Positions 28,516 through 48,900 of a DNA stretch of 64,000 nt are shown here, one piece after another. The stretch's first letter is position 1. The number at the start of each line of letters is the position of its first letter. The translations under genes were made by a program, and so were the position numbers. Source of the DNA: Adineta vaga (taxonomy: Eukaryota; Animalia; Rotifera). The notes under the pieces were generated by a model. The model did no database searches. It was given only the letters and a program-made list of their open reading frames with translations, and was not told where the DNA came from. The stretch lies in assembly GCA_021613535.1 (NCBI GenBank), contig CP075493.1, forward strand, positions 3,100,001 through 3,164,000. The letters are read 5' to 3'.

Positions 28516-29596
28516 GTTTGAAAGATCGTTTAACGAAATATAAAAAGATAAAATCTAAAAAGAAAAATAAGTTTTATTAGTCGACCCGTGTAGAAGAATA
28601 TCTTTTGTAGTTTTGTTTGCAAATAGAAATGTTTGAGAAAAGAAATAGTAGTCAGACATTTTCTTTTCTCATTCTCTTTCTTTCTCTATTAGACACGTAG
28701 CCCTTTTATAAGAGAAGAAGAAGAAGAAGAACCTCTATTTCGACGAGATGAAAAAATAAATATTACTAATCAAATGATTCTTTCGTTAAATGAAGAAAAT
28801 CTGATCTCATATGATTGTATAAGAAATAGATATGTAAATACGAACGAAAAAAAAATAAAATATGCCGTATATAGTCAAATAAGATCAAATACTAGTTGTA
28901 CCAATCGATGATGACTTTAAAGTGCGAGCCTGCCACCATTTTTCATGTTTTTACTGCCATTTTTATCTTGAAGATGAATAATATAAGTTTTATATGCAGG
29001 AGTTTTGCGTATTTCCAATCTTTACTTAATAGTTCGTCTATAAATGATTCTAATTATACAAATGATTGACACGAAATAAATTCGCAAAATTTTTCTTGAC
29101 GAAAATAAAAATGAAATTGTTCTACACGAAATTCTTTTTATTCGATGAGAACATTACGACTGGTGACTAGTGCCATCTGATTAATACTAGTGAAAACGAT
29201 TGAGTAAGTCAAATTCAAACTTCAATCAAATTGTACATGAAACTATAGTGTAATTATGATAATCAAAAAAGGGTACGATTGAACTAAACTAAGAATAAAC
29301 TGATGGAAAGAATAAGAGTTGATTTATAAGAAAGAGATTTAGCATGTATTTAAACACATTATTTTCTATTCTTCACACACAACCGAAATTGCAATTAATT
29401 CAATCAATCAAAGGAACAACAAAACAGATACAAGAATTGGTTTGATCACGTTATTAGGAAACGCGCCGAATAAATTATAAAGGATGTTTTCTTGTTCTAA
29501 TGAAGTGTCGATTTAGTCTTTTAACATGATTAAGAATAAAAGTTGGTTCGTCTTCTGTTCTGTTTAAAAATAAAAATAGAATCGAACTCAAATTTC

Positions 29597-30222
29597 AACA
29601 TTTGGCAGCAGTAAGTAGTTTTCACATCTATCATGAATGGAAAAGGTGCAAATTTAGGATATCTATTCGAACGAATTGTTCAAATAAATTCAAAAGTCAT
29701 TGAACAAATCGTTTATCTACACCGCTTCCTGTCACATTCAGGTTCCATGTTCAAATTTTGATGCCAAAGCAAAAAAATTCAACGGTAATACTGACGAAGA
29801 CGTGGTTACTTTGCTAACTTTATTAGAAGAAAATATGAATGATAATGAGCAATCATCCTCATGGAAGGATTTTGAACGTCAATTAAATTTACAGTTTTAA
29901 CCCATTCATTTTCAAGAGCATTTGCATCAACAATTATTAAATTTACGATAAAAACAATCGATTCACGATTACATACAATCATTTCGAATTATTATTGGTT
30001 AAGTCCATCACATGAATGAATAAATACAAATCTTGTTATTTGTCAATGAGTTATCATCTAACACAAGTTTGTATGTCCGTTGAAAACACTCACGAACAGC
30101 ATACCCCATTCATCACATTGAAAGAAGCTCTAATGGCAGCACCTTTTCTTCTTTTACCTAATTTTACTTTACCATTCATCGTAGTGACTGATGCATCTAT
30201 GCTTGCTGGTGGTGGTGAATGA
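29597..30222 (+). mobile_element. Degenerate Ty3/gypsy LTR retrotransposon relic (gag-like and RT-RNase H connection fragments)
   Basis: FITLKEALMAAPFLLLPNFTLPFIVVTDAS matches the gypsy pol F..LK..L...P.L..P....PF...TDAS motif. KKFNGNTDEDVV resembles a gag N-terminus. ...caaca tttggcagcag could be an LTR end plus primer-binding site (weak). Confidence 0.7.
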
Positions 30223-30699
30223 TGTCTTATATTTTGTTTTTAGATTATGTACTTAAACTAAATACGGGTTCTTGATGTTATTGAGTATTTACCTCGATCA
30301 ATCTAATCGAAAAAACATAGTAATGTATTGAAAAAGCCTAGGCATTCGCTAATTATAGTTGTTTTACTACTTTTGTTCCTTCGATTATATACGTGTATGT
30401 ATGTATGTATGTTTTACGTTCTGGTATACAAAATTGTTTTTCATTATGACGTCTAAACTAATAGAACGAACAAGAATAAATATAGGAAGAAAGAAAAAGA
30501 AACATTTTTTCATGTCTTGTATTCAATAACCTTTTGAAAACGTTTGGTTATATAACACACACAGTCAACTATAAGAACATATATTTGAAAGCACGATTTG
30601 ATTATGGTCGAATTTTCAGAACGAAATAGAGGTATGTTATACTGAATCTATTAAAAATAAATACTAACTGAATATATTCTATTAACAGAAAATCTCGTT

Positions 30700-31854
30700 A
30701 TGGATGAATTACAAACTAAACGATATTTTCAGCATAGTTGGTGCCGTATACTACTCATTCTAGGGGCATTTATTAGTTTTATTATTACTTGTATATTCAA
30801 TGGATTAGCTGGACAAGGACCTAATGGTATTAAATTTCTTTTCAAAACTTTTCTATCATTCGTTTATATTTAGCGGTATTCACAAGACAAACAGGACGTG
30901 TTAGTGATCAAAATCCAACAGAATTTACACCAGCTGGTATGAATGAATTTCCTAAAAAAAAGAAATTTTGTTGATCGTTGGTTTCTTTTCTCTTAGGTTG
31001 GACATTTAGTATTTGGGGCATTATTTATTTTTGGCAAGCAGCATGGTTAATCTATGCTATAAGTCGAATTCCAAGAAAATCAAATGTTGATTATTTATAT
31101 ATTCTTCCAAATACACTTCATTTCACGGTTTTCGTACTTTTTATAATAAATATGGGTTTGAATATCACATGGCTTATTTTATGGGATCGTGGATATTTTG
31201 GAGTAAGTAAATAAATTCAAATCGAAATCAACTGATTGATTTGTTCTAAAGTGGTCATTCTTTATTCTTTTGGCAATGTTTATTACAATTACTATACCAA
31301 TGATTATCACTCATATTCTCCTACAGCGAAATCGACAAAGTTATGTGAATTCAAATCGGTAAGAATGATATTTTTTCTTTTAGAAAAACGATTCATATTC
31401 TATCGTCTTGTTTATTTCAAGATCATTGGATATTTGGCTCGTACGTGTATTTGTTCACAATGGTTTTGCTATCTATGGTACATGGCTTTTTCTTGCAACA
31501 TTATTAAATTTGACTGTATGGATTTCACAAATCTACAACCAAAATCCTTCATCTGTTACCGATGCATCAACAGCTGCACTTAGCATTGTCCTTATTGGAA
31601 TTGTCGTTTATTTCATTTGTGAAAATGTCATCTTCTATTCCTCAATGGCCTATACATTTCTTCCATGGTTTGTTCTCATCTTCGCTCTATGCGGTATAAT
31701 CTCAAAGAATGCTCAACGAGACAATATTCCTGCTAGGAATAAATCATTCGTAATGGCTCTCTTAATCATCTGTTGCATTTTATTTCTAATTCGTCTAATC
31801 TTATTCATTGTACGTTATGTAAGAAAACAAATTCCAACTGCCCGAGATCCTTAA
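30700..31854 (+). CDS. Multi-pass membrane protein, TspO/tryptophan-rich-sensory-like family, multi-exon
   Basis: Spliced IFNGLAG..VSDQNPTEFTPAGWTFSIWGIIYFWQ, NMGLNITWLILW, NGFAIYGTWLFLATLLN; about 8 hydrophobic segments. Confidence 0.7.
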
Positions 31855-32294
31855 ACTAATAAACAAAAGATGATTCTTTGCTTTTAATAATTCATATTTA
31901 TGTGAACAAGAAAAAAAGAAGAAGAAGAAGAGAGAAAAAGAGAAATTTGATAAGCAGATGTTCACAAAGTAACTAGAAAAAAAAAATTCTATGTACATAC
32001 AAAGAAATGATTGCAATAGATGATAAGATAGATAATTGAATTATGCAGGAAATCAGTATAAAATAAAAGATCCTGTTCTGCATATTTCAACGCTAACAGA
32101 TAAAAAGAAAAGAAAATTTAAAATTGTCTTAAGAAAGAAATTTCACTGTTTTAATTTATTCTTGTTGACATATACACTTATATCTCTAGTCTAGATAAAA
32201 GAATAAGAAATGAAGTTGATATTAGTTACGTATACACATATAATGGCAACAAGGGAAGAAGAAGAAAGAGAAGAAAATATATTTTTTTTTGTAA

Positions 32295-35071
32295 TTAATT
32301 ATAACGTGTGCGACTATTAGAATTAGTTGATGGATGATAAGAATTGATAATAGGTGGAATCGCTGGTGATACTTTCTATAAAAGAAGAAAATATGGATGA
32401 AAATTTCGAATATATATCTTCAGATTTTTACCATTGGTCTTTGCTCAATTTCAATCTCTTCAACAATATTATTTGGTACATGACCAACTTCACCAAGAAA
32501 ATTTCTTGCACGCCACCATTTCTTTGAACTATCTTCAATTTCAATTAATTCACCACGATGTACAGTTAATTCTTTCGCATTATGACCTTTACGATCGATT
32601 TTGACAGCACATATTCTATTAACATAAAGTTGAAATAATCATTTTTTTTTCTTTTCTTCTCGAAACACTTGTTTTTTCTTTCTTACTTTGCTCCAGCACG
32701 TTTACGATCAATAGCCCAAGCATGTTCATTTTGCATATGAGCGTTATAATCTTCTAACATACCGTTTTTAGGCGAACGATTTAAAGTTGAACTATCAAAA
32801 TGTGTTGCACTTGGTGAAGGTTGACGAACAAATGTTGTGTTATAATTTGTTGTTAAACCATTGTTATTTGGTGGTTGCTAAATCATACATATATATATAT
32901 ATATATTCAAATGATCAGGTATATTTAACATACACGAGCATTTGTGGTTGTGGTCGTTGTAATCCAAGCTGATTGTTGTTTCTCATCAAATTGTGTGAAT
33001 GGATGAGTTGTAGTTGTTGTTCGTTCAGTTGTACGGGCAGATGAGAGAGGTAGTGTTGGAGGAGGATGACCAATAGATGCATCTTGGATCCAAATGGCTC
33101 GACCTTCGTAAAATACTGGTCGATAATCGGAAAATTTTGGTATTGATTCATCACTGAAATGGAATATTAAAATAGAAAATGTCATTTTAATTTCTAAATC
33201 ATAGATTTTTACCCTGTTCGAATCCATGCTGGACCAAGATTACGTAAAATTTCATGTTCTTTCGATGTTAGACAATTCAATAATAATTCTTTTGCTTCTT
33301 TTCGCAATGCTGGTGTCCAAACTTCTTGTGTTATCTGCACATGATTTGCATGTTTTGAACGTAATGTATAGATAATAAATTGTAATGGTGATAATAAATA
33401 ATGAACTAATTCAGGTGCATTTGGATTATGTATAATATGTTTAAGTTCGCCTAATAAATTAAATGAATGTTTAAATTTTTGTAATATATCAATAAAATAA
33501 CGATCATCTGGAAGTTTTTCTACCATTTGTTTTAGGCCAGCTAAGAAGAAGAAAAATGAATTCTTATTGAAATGAAATTGCATGAAAAGAATTTACTCGT
33601 TGATTTCTTTTCTTTTCGTCGATAATCACGTTCTAATTCTTTGGTATATTCCATCACTGCTTCAAGATAACGTACAAATAATTCAATATCATCAAAACAT
33701 TTATTTAATTCTTCTGTTAAATGTTTATAATAATCTGTTGCTTGGACAGTTGTTTGTTGAGTTAGTGTTCGTGTTTGTTGACTACCAGGCATGTATGATG
33801 GATCTATAGGTTGTTGGTTTACTTTTAGAAAAGATTAAAAAGAAAGATTGTCATGTTACTTACGATTCATATGTGTTGATTCTGTCATTACATGCTGCAT
33901 TAAACCAGGTCCAGTACTACCGTGATATGAATCGGGAATAGGATGATCAAGTAGACCACGTGTTTCCATTGTAGCACTAATGTACAATAAGAATAATTCA
34001 ATTGTGCAATGAAATAAATCTCAATTATTCAACATAGAGAAGGTCTTTTTCTTTGTTCGTATGAACGACTAACTTACTCGACATACTTTCAGCTTCAAGG
34101 TAACATTCTGTACGTGTCAAAAGTACATATAACAAGGATTAGTGTAAAGTTTTACTTCTAATTAAGTAGTGTTGACAATATATTTACACAGTGAACAATC
34201 AATTCACACACACACACACACATGCAATTCGAAGATCAGTTCATGTATTCTTACCTTTTGGAATGTTTTAATGGTTTACCAGTAGCAGTTCGAATACTAT
34301 CAACAAGTATTCTTGCTTCATTATTTGAACATTTAAATACAACAACCGGTGATGCATCACTATTTGTTGAATTACTAGCATGACTTGTTGTTGATACTAA
34401 TTGTCGATCGATGAGACGATACATAAATATATCATTAAGTGTATCGGGTACATCAGCATGTACACACGTTGGATCGACAATTTCAAGTGGAATTGTTTCG
34501 GCAATAATCTAGAAAAGAAAAACAAAAGAGAAATATATTACAAAAAAATTTCAATTCGATATTACTTGTGTTCCTCGATCAAATATAACCAATGAACGAT
34601 CGGTAACATATAAAGAACATGGTTTATTAATAAAACTTTGAGTTTGTTCCTTTTGACGTAATTTACTAACAACTTCGGCCGAATAAAAAGTATCTAAATA
34701 TCAATAGGGATATATACAAATATGAAAATTTCTCAACGAACTTCGTCTATCTTCAATTCGTACAATTGCTAACAGGGAAGCATCAACACGAAATGCTCGT
34801 GATAAATCAAGATTGTGTGCATTAGAATATGAACGTGATGGATAACCATCAGCTAATAGATGATTCGATAGAGGAGGTGAAGTAGTTTGGTCTAAATGAA
34901 AAACATAATATTTTAAATTTTCATTTCTCAAAGGAAAAACTTATTTTCTCTAAAATAAATATTACAAGACAAACACATACCATTATAGTGTTCAGTGAGG
35001 CGATAACGTGGTATAGAATAGTTGACAGGTAGACCGGCATGCGGTATCGATGGATTTTGAAAATAAGTCAT
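32295..35071 (-). CDS. EPS8: EPS8-family adaptor (PTB, EGFR-binding region, SH3), multi-exon
   Basis: LNKCFDDIELFV, FIDILQKFKHSFNLLGELKHIIHNPNAPELVHYL, LLNCLTSKEHEILRNLGPAW, SH3 HNAKELTVHRGELIEIEDSSKKWWRARNFLGEVGHVPNNIV. Confidence 0.9.
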
Positions 35072-37466
35072 CTTTCGAATGTATTTATTTACCTCGCCTA
35101 CAATGTATTTCTTTCTGATGAAGAAATAACGAGAGTTCAATACTGATTTATATAATGAAATAAAGAGAAAACGAATGGATGTTGATAATCGACGTGTGTC
35201 GTTTTTCGAACTCTTGATTCCTTCCTTTTTTTTTCTTCTCTTTTATCACTCTCTTGAATTTCCTTTTCTTCTCTATATCTCTACTTATGTATGTGTATGT
35301 TCGACGGATAAAAAAAAACGAAAAAAATAATAATTGTCCTGTTTATAACTAGTAGAGTCCTCCTTCTTCCATAGGAGACAGACGACGACGATCAGTTTAG
35401 AGAAATAGAAGAAGGAAAAAGAAGAAAAAAAATGAAAAGAAAGAGAGAAGTAAACGAAGAGAAAAAAACTTGACAAAACTTTATCCAAATAAAAGAACGA
35501 AGAGTGGTATAAAAGGAACTATATTCTTCCTACGTATCGGTCAAATAATTCAAGACAGAAATGAAAGAAAAAACCGAAAATGAAAAGGAAGAAGAGATAT
35601 CTTATTGCTATTCTACTTGTCACACTTTATTCTTCACACATAGACGCTGTAAATCGAACAGATCTATGTGGGTGAATGTTCTTTATCACTAAACTAAAAG
35701 CAAAACAGCAAGCAATAGCAGCAAACACTAATCGAACAATCAATATATATGTAAAAAAAATTCGTGGCGGAGCGTGTAAGAAAAGAGAGACGACAATTTA
35801 CATTTCACTTACCGATAAAAATACTACAAGATTTAAGAATACAAAAAAGTATTCAAACATGAAATATTTTCACGAAATTCGTACCTGAAGATTTCCAGTG
35901 TTCTTTATGATTATTCGTTGTACGTGTAGGCATCGTATTACTATGAAAAGAATTCGAGAAAAAAATAAAAACAAAACCTAGAGGAAAAAAGTTTGAGTGT
36001 ACCTATTGATTTCTTGCTGTTGAAGCCCTCGACGAAGATGACTGAGCATAATGATCTAGAAATAAATTTTAAAAAAATCGTTGTTTTTTTCTCTTCATAT
36101 TTGTATCAAAAGATAAGTGTTATGTGAACATATATTCACTCCTATGTACAACAAAAACACTCTATTAAATGAACAAGAAATCGACAGAAGTCATGTCGCC
36201 TACAACAAGAACAAAAGAAAGTTAATCTCCGTTTAAACAAGACACTAGTGTTATTTCAAGTCAATAAAATTAACCTTAAACATGAAACAGATGATCTTTT
36301 GATCTCATATGCAATAGCTTGTCTACACTAGCCTTGACTTTCAAATACAATTGATTGAGTTATTTTTTTTCTTCTACAATATACATTTTTATTAAGGAAT
36401 GTACAGATATTTCGAATCGAGAACACTTGATCAGATGATCAATTGAGTGAAAATGCGCAACTTCAAAAAAGACGGAACAGATGCAAACGAAATGCAGACG
36501 AAAACAACGCATGAATGAAAAAAGAAAGGAAACCATGAATATATTACTAAGAACACACGCTTTCCGCGTGCATGCATATTTATAAGCAAGAAAAACAACC
36601 ATTGTTTGTACTTTAAAATGAAAATATTCTTTTTTTTTCCAGGGTACTTATTAAAGGAAAAAACTCAATCGAAAACGATAATTCTTATCATGATCCATCA
36701 GGTGAATCATCACGAAATAGTGTATATAAATATGCATATGTATATTCGAATTCAAACGGTTTAATATTTTTGTTTGCTGTAAGAAGAGAAGAATTACACG
36801 AAAAGATTAAATATCTTTATGTTTTTTTATTTCAAGATATCCGAAATAACCAAAGAAAAATGATATTCGATATCGATTGGGATTAATCGACAACGATTAC
36901 CATTATGATGAAATGCTGTCTCAAATCAGAAGAAGACGGAACTTTATCTTAGATATTTTCTTCGAATGAACTACAATTCTAACTTGTTTACGTGCATACT
37001 GACCTGAAACTTGTTAACTAAAGAATAATAAACAGAGATAAATATTCTCGAAATGAAAGGAATAATGAATTTTCTTATACAGACGATTCGATTCGATCGT
37101 TGTGACTACGAAAAATTCTCATCAATAGTCCGTGCTGTATCCGAGAAGTGCACAGATCAGATGTGTACAATCTGACGTAGGATTTGAGTAAAATGAAAAA
37201 AGATTTACATTTCAATAATTTTAAATTTTGATATTTTTTAAAAAAAATTCGTTTTGTCATTTTACTCTATTGAACATTTTTTCATCAAAAGTCTTTAATA
37301 TATTCCTATTGGCTGTTTTATCGAACCAATAAGATTTCGAAAAATTATCATCATCATCACCAAACCACCATGGAGTTCTACTTCTACTTGTTTAGTCATT
37401 TGTTTTCTATTATTTGCAAACAAAAACAAGTTCGTCTTCTATAGATTAAGTTTTGATTCAATAATC

Positions 37467-39149
37467 ATGACAAGCGAATATTGGGTTATATCTGTCCCAG
37501 GCAAAGCATCAGCACGACAAAACTATGATGAAGTTTGTCGAGCAACTGGACGCGATCAATTGTCACAAAATTTTATGTTTAACATTCCTGATTTAAAGGT
37601 TCATTCACTAACTGTAATCAAACATATTGCTTGAAAATTGTTCATTTTTTTAGGTCGGTACTTTGGATTCACTTGTAGCACTTTCCGATGATCTTGCTCG
37701 AATTGATGGTTTTATCGAAGGGTAAAGAATTACAATGTTGTCTTCATATTCACTTTCCAATAATATGTCTTTAGAGTTACTAAAAAATTGACTCAATTCT
37801 TTTTTCATGACGTCCTCGAGGATGATCGTAATCGGCTTGCTGAAAATCTTGTTGTTGGTCAAAATGGTGGTATGTTTTCTTTAATGTTTATTCTTTTATA
37901 TCTTAATTGAAAATTTTACTTAGTTAATCCAATACTTTATGTAACCGATTTTCAATGGGATCATGCCAAGTATCCAATAAAATTACCATTAAGAAGTCTT
38001 TCGGAAATTATTTCAAAAGTATGTTATCGTTGTCATATAATTAACTACATCATTTCTATCTTAACTAAATTTTGATTCTCATGTTTTAATATCAATCGTA
38101 TCATATTATTTGCAAGTCATTTCTATACTTTATTATCTTTTTGCAGGCAGCAACACATATAGAAAGCGAACTTAAACTACGAAGTCAATCTTATAACAAT
38201 GTTAAACAAACATTGGATTCATTAGAAAAGAAACAATCGTATGTATTTTAGTTAAGCATTGTAGTTGGAAAAAACCTTTGAATTGTTTCTAGGGGTAGTT
38301 TATTGACACGTAGTTTGAATGATGTTTTAAAAAAAGAAAATTTCGTGTTGGGCAGCGAATATTTGAAAACATTACTCGTTTGTGTACCGAAAACTTTAGT
38401 GAATGATTGGCATGCAAAATATGAATCATTGTGCACAATGATTGTTCCACGTACAACAGAATTAATCACACAAGATCAAGATTATGCATTATTTTCTGTT
38501 ACTTTATTTCAAAAAACAGAAGATACATTTCGACATAAATGTCGAGAAAATAAGTAAATAAACTCGAAATATATCGAATCAATGTATAATTTATGATGAA
38601 TATTTTTAGATTTACAGTACGAGATTTTACATATGATGAAAAAGCAGTTGCAAATGAACGAGAAAAAATGCATGAACTTGAAACTGAACGACAAAAACTT
38701 TATGCAAATCTTGTTCGTTGGCTTAAAATTAATTTTGGTGAAATTTTTTCAGCATCAATTCATATTAAAGCTTTACGAGTTTTCGTCGAATCAGTTCTTC
38801 GGTATTTTCATCATTGATTTAAGGAAATACATATATTCTATTTGATCTGTAATAGATATGGTTTACCAGTTAATTTTACTGCTATGATTATTCATCCATT
38901 GAAAAAATCAACAAAACGCTTACGTGAGGAACTTGATAAACTTTTTGGTTATCTTGATCAATCAGGTCAATCAAAACAAGATGAGGTATGAGAATTTGCC
39001 TTTTTAATATCTTACATGATTGGTTTTTTTCTTCTTCTTTTTCTAAATAGCAAATTGACATTCCTGGTGTATTTTCTTCTCAACAGGAATATTATCCATA
39101 TGTTTATTTTAAACTAGATTTTGATTATATTGAAATGAATACGAAATGA
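37467..39149 (+). CDS. ATP6V1C: V-type proton ATPase subunit C, multi-exon
   Basis: MTSEYWVISVPG, FNIPDLKVGTLDSLVALSDDL, FQWDHAKYP, GSEYLKTLLVCVPK, LVRWLKINFGE..HIKALRVFVESVLRYGLP, EYYPYVYF. Confidence 0.97.
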
Positions 39150-40298
39150 ATGAAGATTTCCAACCTATTTATCTTTCCATATCTATTTTTCGTGCAATTC
39201 GTTTATTTTTAAATGTATATGTGATCATTATCTTTTTTTCTTTCTCCTACCTATTTATTTCGAATATAGATCAAAGAGAATCATTTATATTACTTTCCTA
39301 ACAACTATATAAGATATCTTTTTAATTAGTTTTTCGTTCATAGATGTTACCTCGAAGAATAATGTGCAATGTATTTTCTCTTTTCCTTCAAAAATAATAA
39401 AAATTTTATGCATTTATGTGTCTGAATGATTGAAAACAAAACGGGAGTTTGAATAGATCATTAATGAACAATTCGAAAGTGAAAAGAAGTCTAAAACGAA
39501 TTGATTAAATTTAGCAATGTTGATTATTTCTTGTGTTTATCATTTCAAATACACATCTGAACATAATTCGTATTCCTGTTATAATATCAGATTCTCTATC
39601 ACTGTTCGTTTTTGGTTGATTTAATCAATTATAGTGTCGTCTATGTTTGTCTATCAGTGAGAACTTTACAACAACTTGAATTTCGATTATTTATGTAAAT
39701 ATACTTTAAAATGCGTTATTATATTTTATTGAAATTTTTACATACGTCAACAGACGAACACCTTCGGTACTTTAAATACAATGATTCAAGTCTGATACAC
39801 GTCATATTGTATAATCTGTGGTGTTTAAAAAATCGGACATAATCATTGCTAAAATTTGTTGTACTTTCTGTCAAAAATCAACATGTGAATTTTTACAAGA
39901 TAGGATCAGATTTTTGTTGGAAGTCGCGTGTTTGATATCACACAATATCGAAATGTTTGACATCACTATAACTTTTTCATGACAAAAATACCACTCAATG
40001 AAGACAAACTTCGATATATAACCATTTACTTAAGCTTTTATTCCGGCAACTAAATAAATATACACTTAGTAAAAGGTATAAAATAACAAATACCTTTTCA
40101 TTATCTTAAATCAATAGAAATTATGTTGGATAAAATGGTGAATTCAAGATGGAAATTAATAAAAAAAAACAACAACAAAAGGATAAGTAGCATAAGGAAG
40201 TTGACTGCTATAGGCAAACGAACATTCATTTCTAGAACAACAGAAAATCTTTGTTCAATATTGATTTCTATGGTAATTTAATTGAATATAGACGAATT

Positions 40299-45932
<5,634 letters not shown>

Positions 45933-48900
45933 GATTTTGTCTATTTCGTGTGAATCGTAACTAGTTGTCCATCAAACTATATTTCTACTCTCTCTCTCTC
46001 TCTCTCTTTCTATTTTTTCAATGTCGTGCGTTTCAGTTATGACATTAATAAATAATACGACAAGTTGTCGAAGCTCACATATAGAACATGTATATATCTA
46101 TCTCTCTCGCTCTCTCTTTATGTATATTGAAGACAAATAGAAGAAATACACTACTATATTCTAGTATTCGATGAAAATATCTCGACAAATAAAGTCAATG
46201 AGAATTAGATGCATCAGTCGGCGATCATCGTTCGATGTTTTATCTTCTCCAAAGAAGAAGAAAAAAAATTGAACGCAAGAAAAAACTTCGACGAGAGAAG
46301 AAGAGAAGAAGAAAAAAAATAACCGACGTCAATTGTCTTTATTCAATATAGATGGTACGATACCGTCATCACTGTATCAATGTGCATAGACAAAAAGTTT
46401 TTCATTTTGTTTGATTACTAACTGATTAGTGTGTAACACGCAAAACGAAGTTATTTTCGATAGATAATTTGTGTCATAGACAGAAATAAAAAAAGGAAAT
46501 AATCAATTTTATTCAGACAAAAACAAAAAGATTAAAATTAATAATGCAAAACAAGAAAAGCGTGTACATCTCAAGAGATTTTGATTTGATAGTTTTTCTT
46601 TTCAAAGATTATTTGTTATAAGTAGAAACAATGAATTTTTTGTGAAGAACTTTTCCTAATCGAGATTTCAACTCGAAATTGATACATTTATCTAAGTAAG
46701 AATAAGATTATTTTCTTAAACGAATTGATGATGTTCGAGAACTCATGTATAATATAATCATACGCTTGTACAATCTTTATTTTATGATATTACACTCAAT
46801 TTGATTGTTTCTTCGTATGTCATCAGTAACAAACATCTGTCCCATGGTTAATTTGATTATGTAAAATCAATATATTTATCATGGTTAAATTTATTCAAAT
46901 ATTACTCTAAATTTTAACGACTAGATTCTATTCGCTCGCTAAGTTTCATCCTATCCATTCAAAGAATTTCACACTTGATTTTTTATGATTTGATATTGAA
47001 ATCTGTTATATAACTTTTGACTAGATTAGATTTTCTTCCATATGTGTATGTCAATGTTGAATTAGAGTGATCAATTCCCTTGTTACTATTGTAATCATAG
47101 TAGATCAGAAAAGAATGCGAGAATGTGTGTGTGTGTGAGAGAGAGAGGGAAAACAATCAAAACACTCTAACATACATTCTACACACATACGTCGATTTGT
47201 TCTGTTCTTCGAGCATTCATCTGATCCGGTTCCAACGGAACTAACTTTCTCTTTCTCTGGTGAGAACGATGGGAGAGAGAGAGAGAGAGAAAAAAAGCAA
47301 AGCCACTTATTAGCACTTCTTGTGTTGTTTCTATAACAGTTCTTATCTTTTTCAATATGTCGAGAGCTCTTAACCAATCTCTTTTTATCTCTTGGAAAGT
47401 TCGAAATGCATGCCAACAACAGCAGCAGCAGCAGCATCAAGACCATTCATATACATTTAGTGTATTCTATATAGGCATATAATGGTATTTTAATGAGAAA
47501 AGAAATACTCTTACACATATACAAATCTGATAAAGCAAAACGCATCTGTACAATAGTTTCATCTTAATTATAATCTCTTATCCATAGAACTACATAACTG
47601 AAATCATCGACATCTGTTTAGTTTTTAGATTTCCATATAGAACTTACATGAAAAATAATCGTTTAATAATTGCAAATAAACATAATTAAATATGAATAAA
47701 TTAAATTTTAATAATAATCTAAAAGTATTAGGAAATTCATTAAAAAGAATGAAACATTTGTCGATAAAATAATTTCATCTCCTATTAGCTAAATGCATTA
47801 GACAAAGAAAACTTCTATTCTAGTCTGGTCTATTCTTATAAAAATCTAACTTAACTAATCATCGTTTTAAGAAATATCTTATCAATCAATTTATATGAAA
47901 AAAGAAAAATGCATGTCAGATTTCTTTATTAAAACATGTGAATCTGCTAAAAAGAAGTCATGGCATTGAGAAAAAAAAAAGAATCATCAATCATGTATTC
48001 TTTCATTTTCAAGAACTTCACCATCTTTGATCATTCAAGTACTTTCTTACAAAATAATCATATCTTACTAAAATCTTTTACGATGATAAACTTTAACTGT
48101 AACCTATAGTTCCAATGCTAAGACGTAAGAAAGTCTGACACTTTTACATGTCTTTATTCTATGTTTGTCGATAGTGTTTTGCCTTTCTTTCTCTCTCTCT
48201 CTCCCTCTGCTTTTCTTCTGCTAAATATACTGCTTACGTCAATATAGACAACACAAAAAAAAAGAAGAAAAATCGGTAAAGTAAAAAATAAGGTCGATGA
48301 GAAGAAGCAGAATGGTTACTCTTGTTATACAGTGTCATATGTTTCTCTATCACGTGTATACTCTTTTCAAGGCAATATCTTATTCATTATCTTTGATAAA
48401 ATCAAAAACAAAAGTAAATGTTTCTATCTACAAGATTTAGACAATGACCGGATGTTAAGTCTGACAGTCATTAATTGCGTCAAGAAAGAATTATTAATAG
48501 AATCATATTTGTTATTTAATCTATTATTTCGATAAGAAATCAAAAAATGATCGATGAAATTCAACTCGAAAGTGATTTGTTTTGTTTCATTTTGATATAT
48601 GAACCGGTTATTGTAAGAGAAATCTTTATCAAAACGTTGATTAACTTTTTCGTTTACTTCAATCATATCAATCTATGGATTCATACTCGAGAATGGATGT
48701 CGAAGTACGTAGATTCTATTTACAATAAAGAATATATATCTCTGATCGTGCATATGTTAATAAAAATATGACAGAAGTGATTGCATAGTTTTATACATAC
48801 TTAATAATTAATCGCAATGAAATAATTGTTATACAATAACCTTGAATTCACAATAATAGAATATTAATTGTGAGAAATCCTTCGATGTGTCGTTATTGAT

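Noticed and set aside
36400-36900. Possible small spliced gene on the plus strand
   Set aside because: No consistent start, short frames and no recognisable motif.
39600-40010. Possible decayed coding fragment between V-ATPase C and PKC
   Set aside because: Interrupted frames; resemblance to kinases too weak to support.
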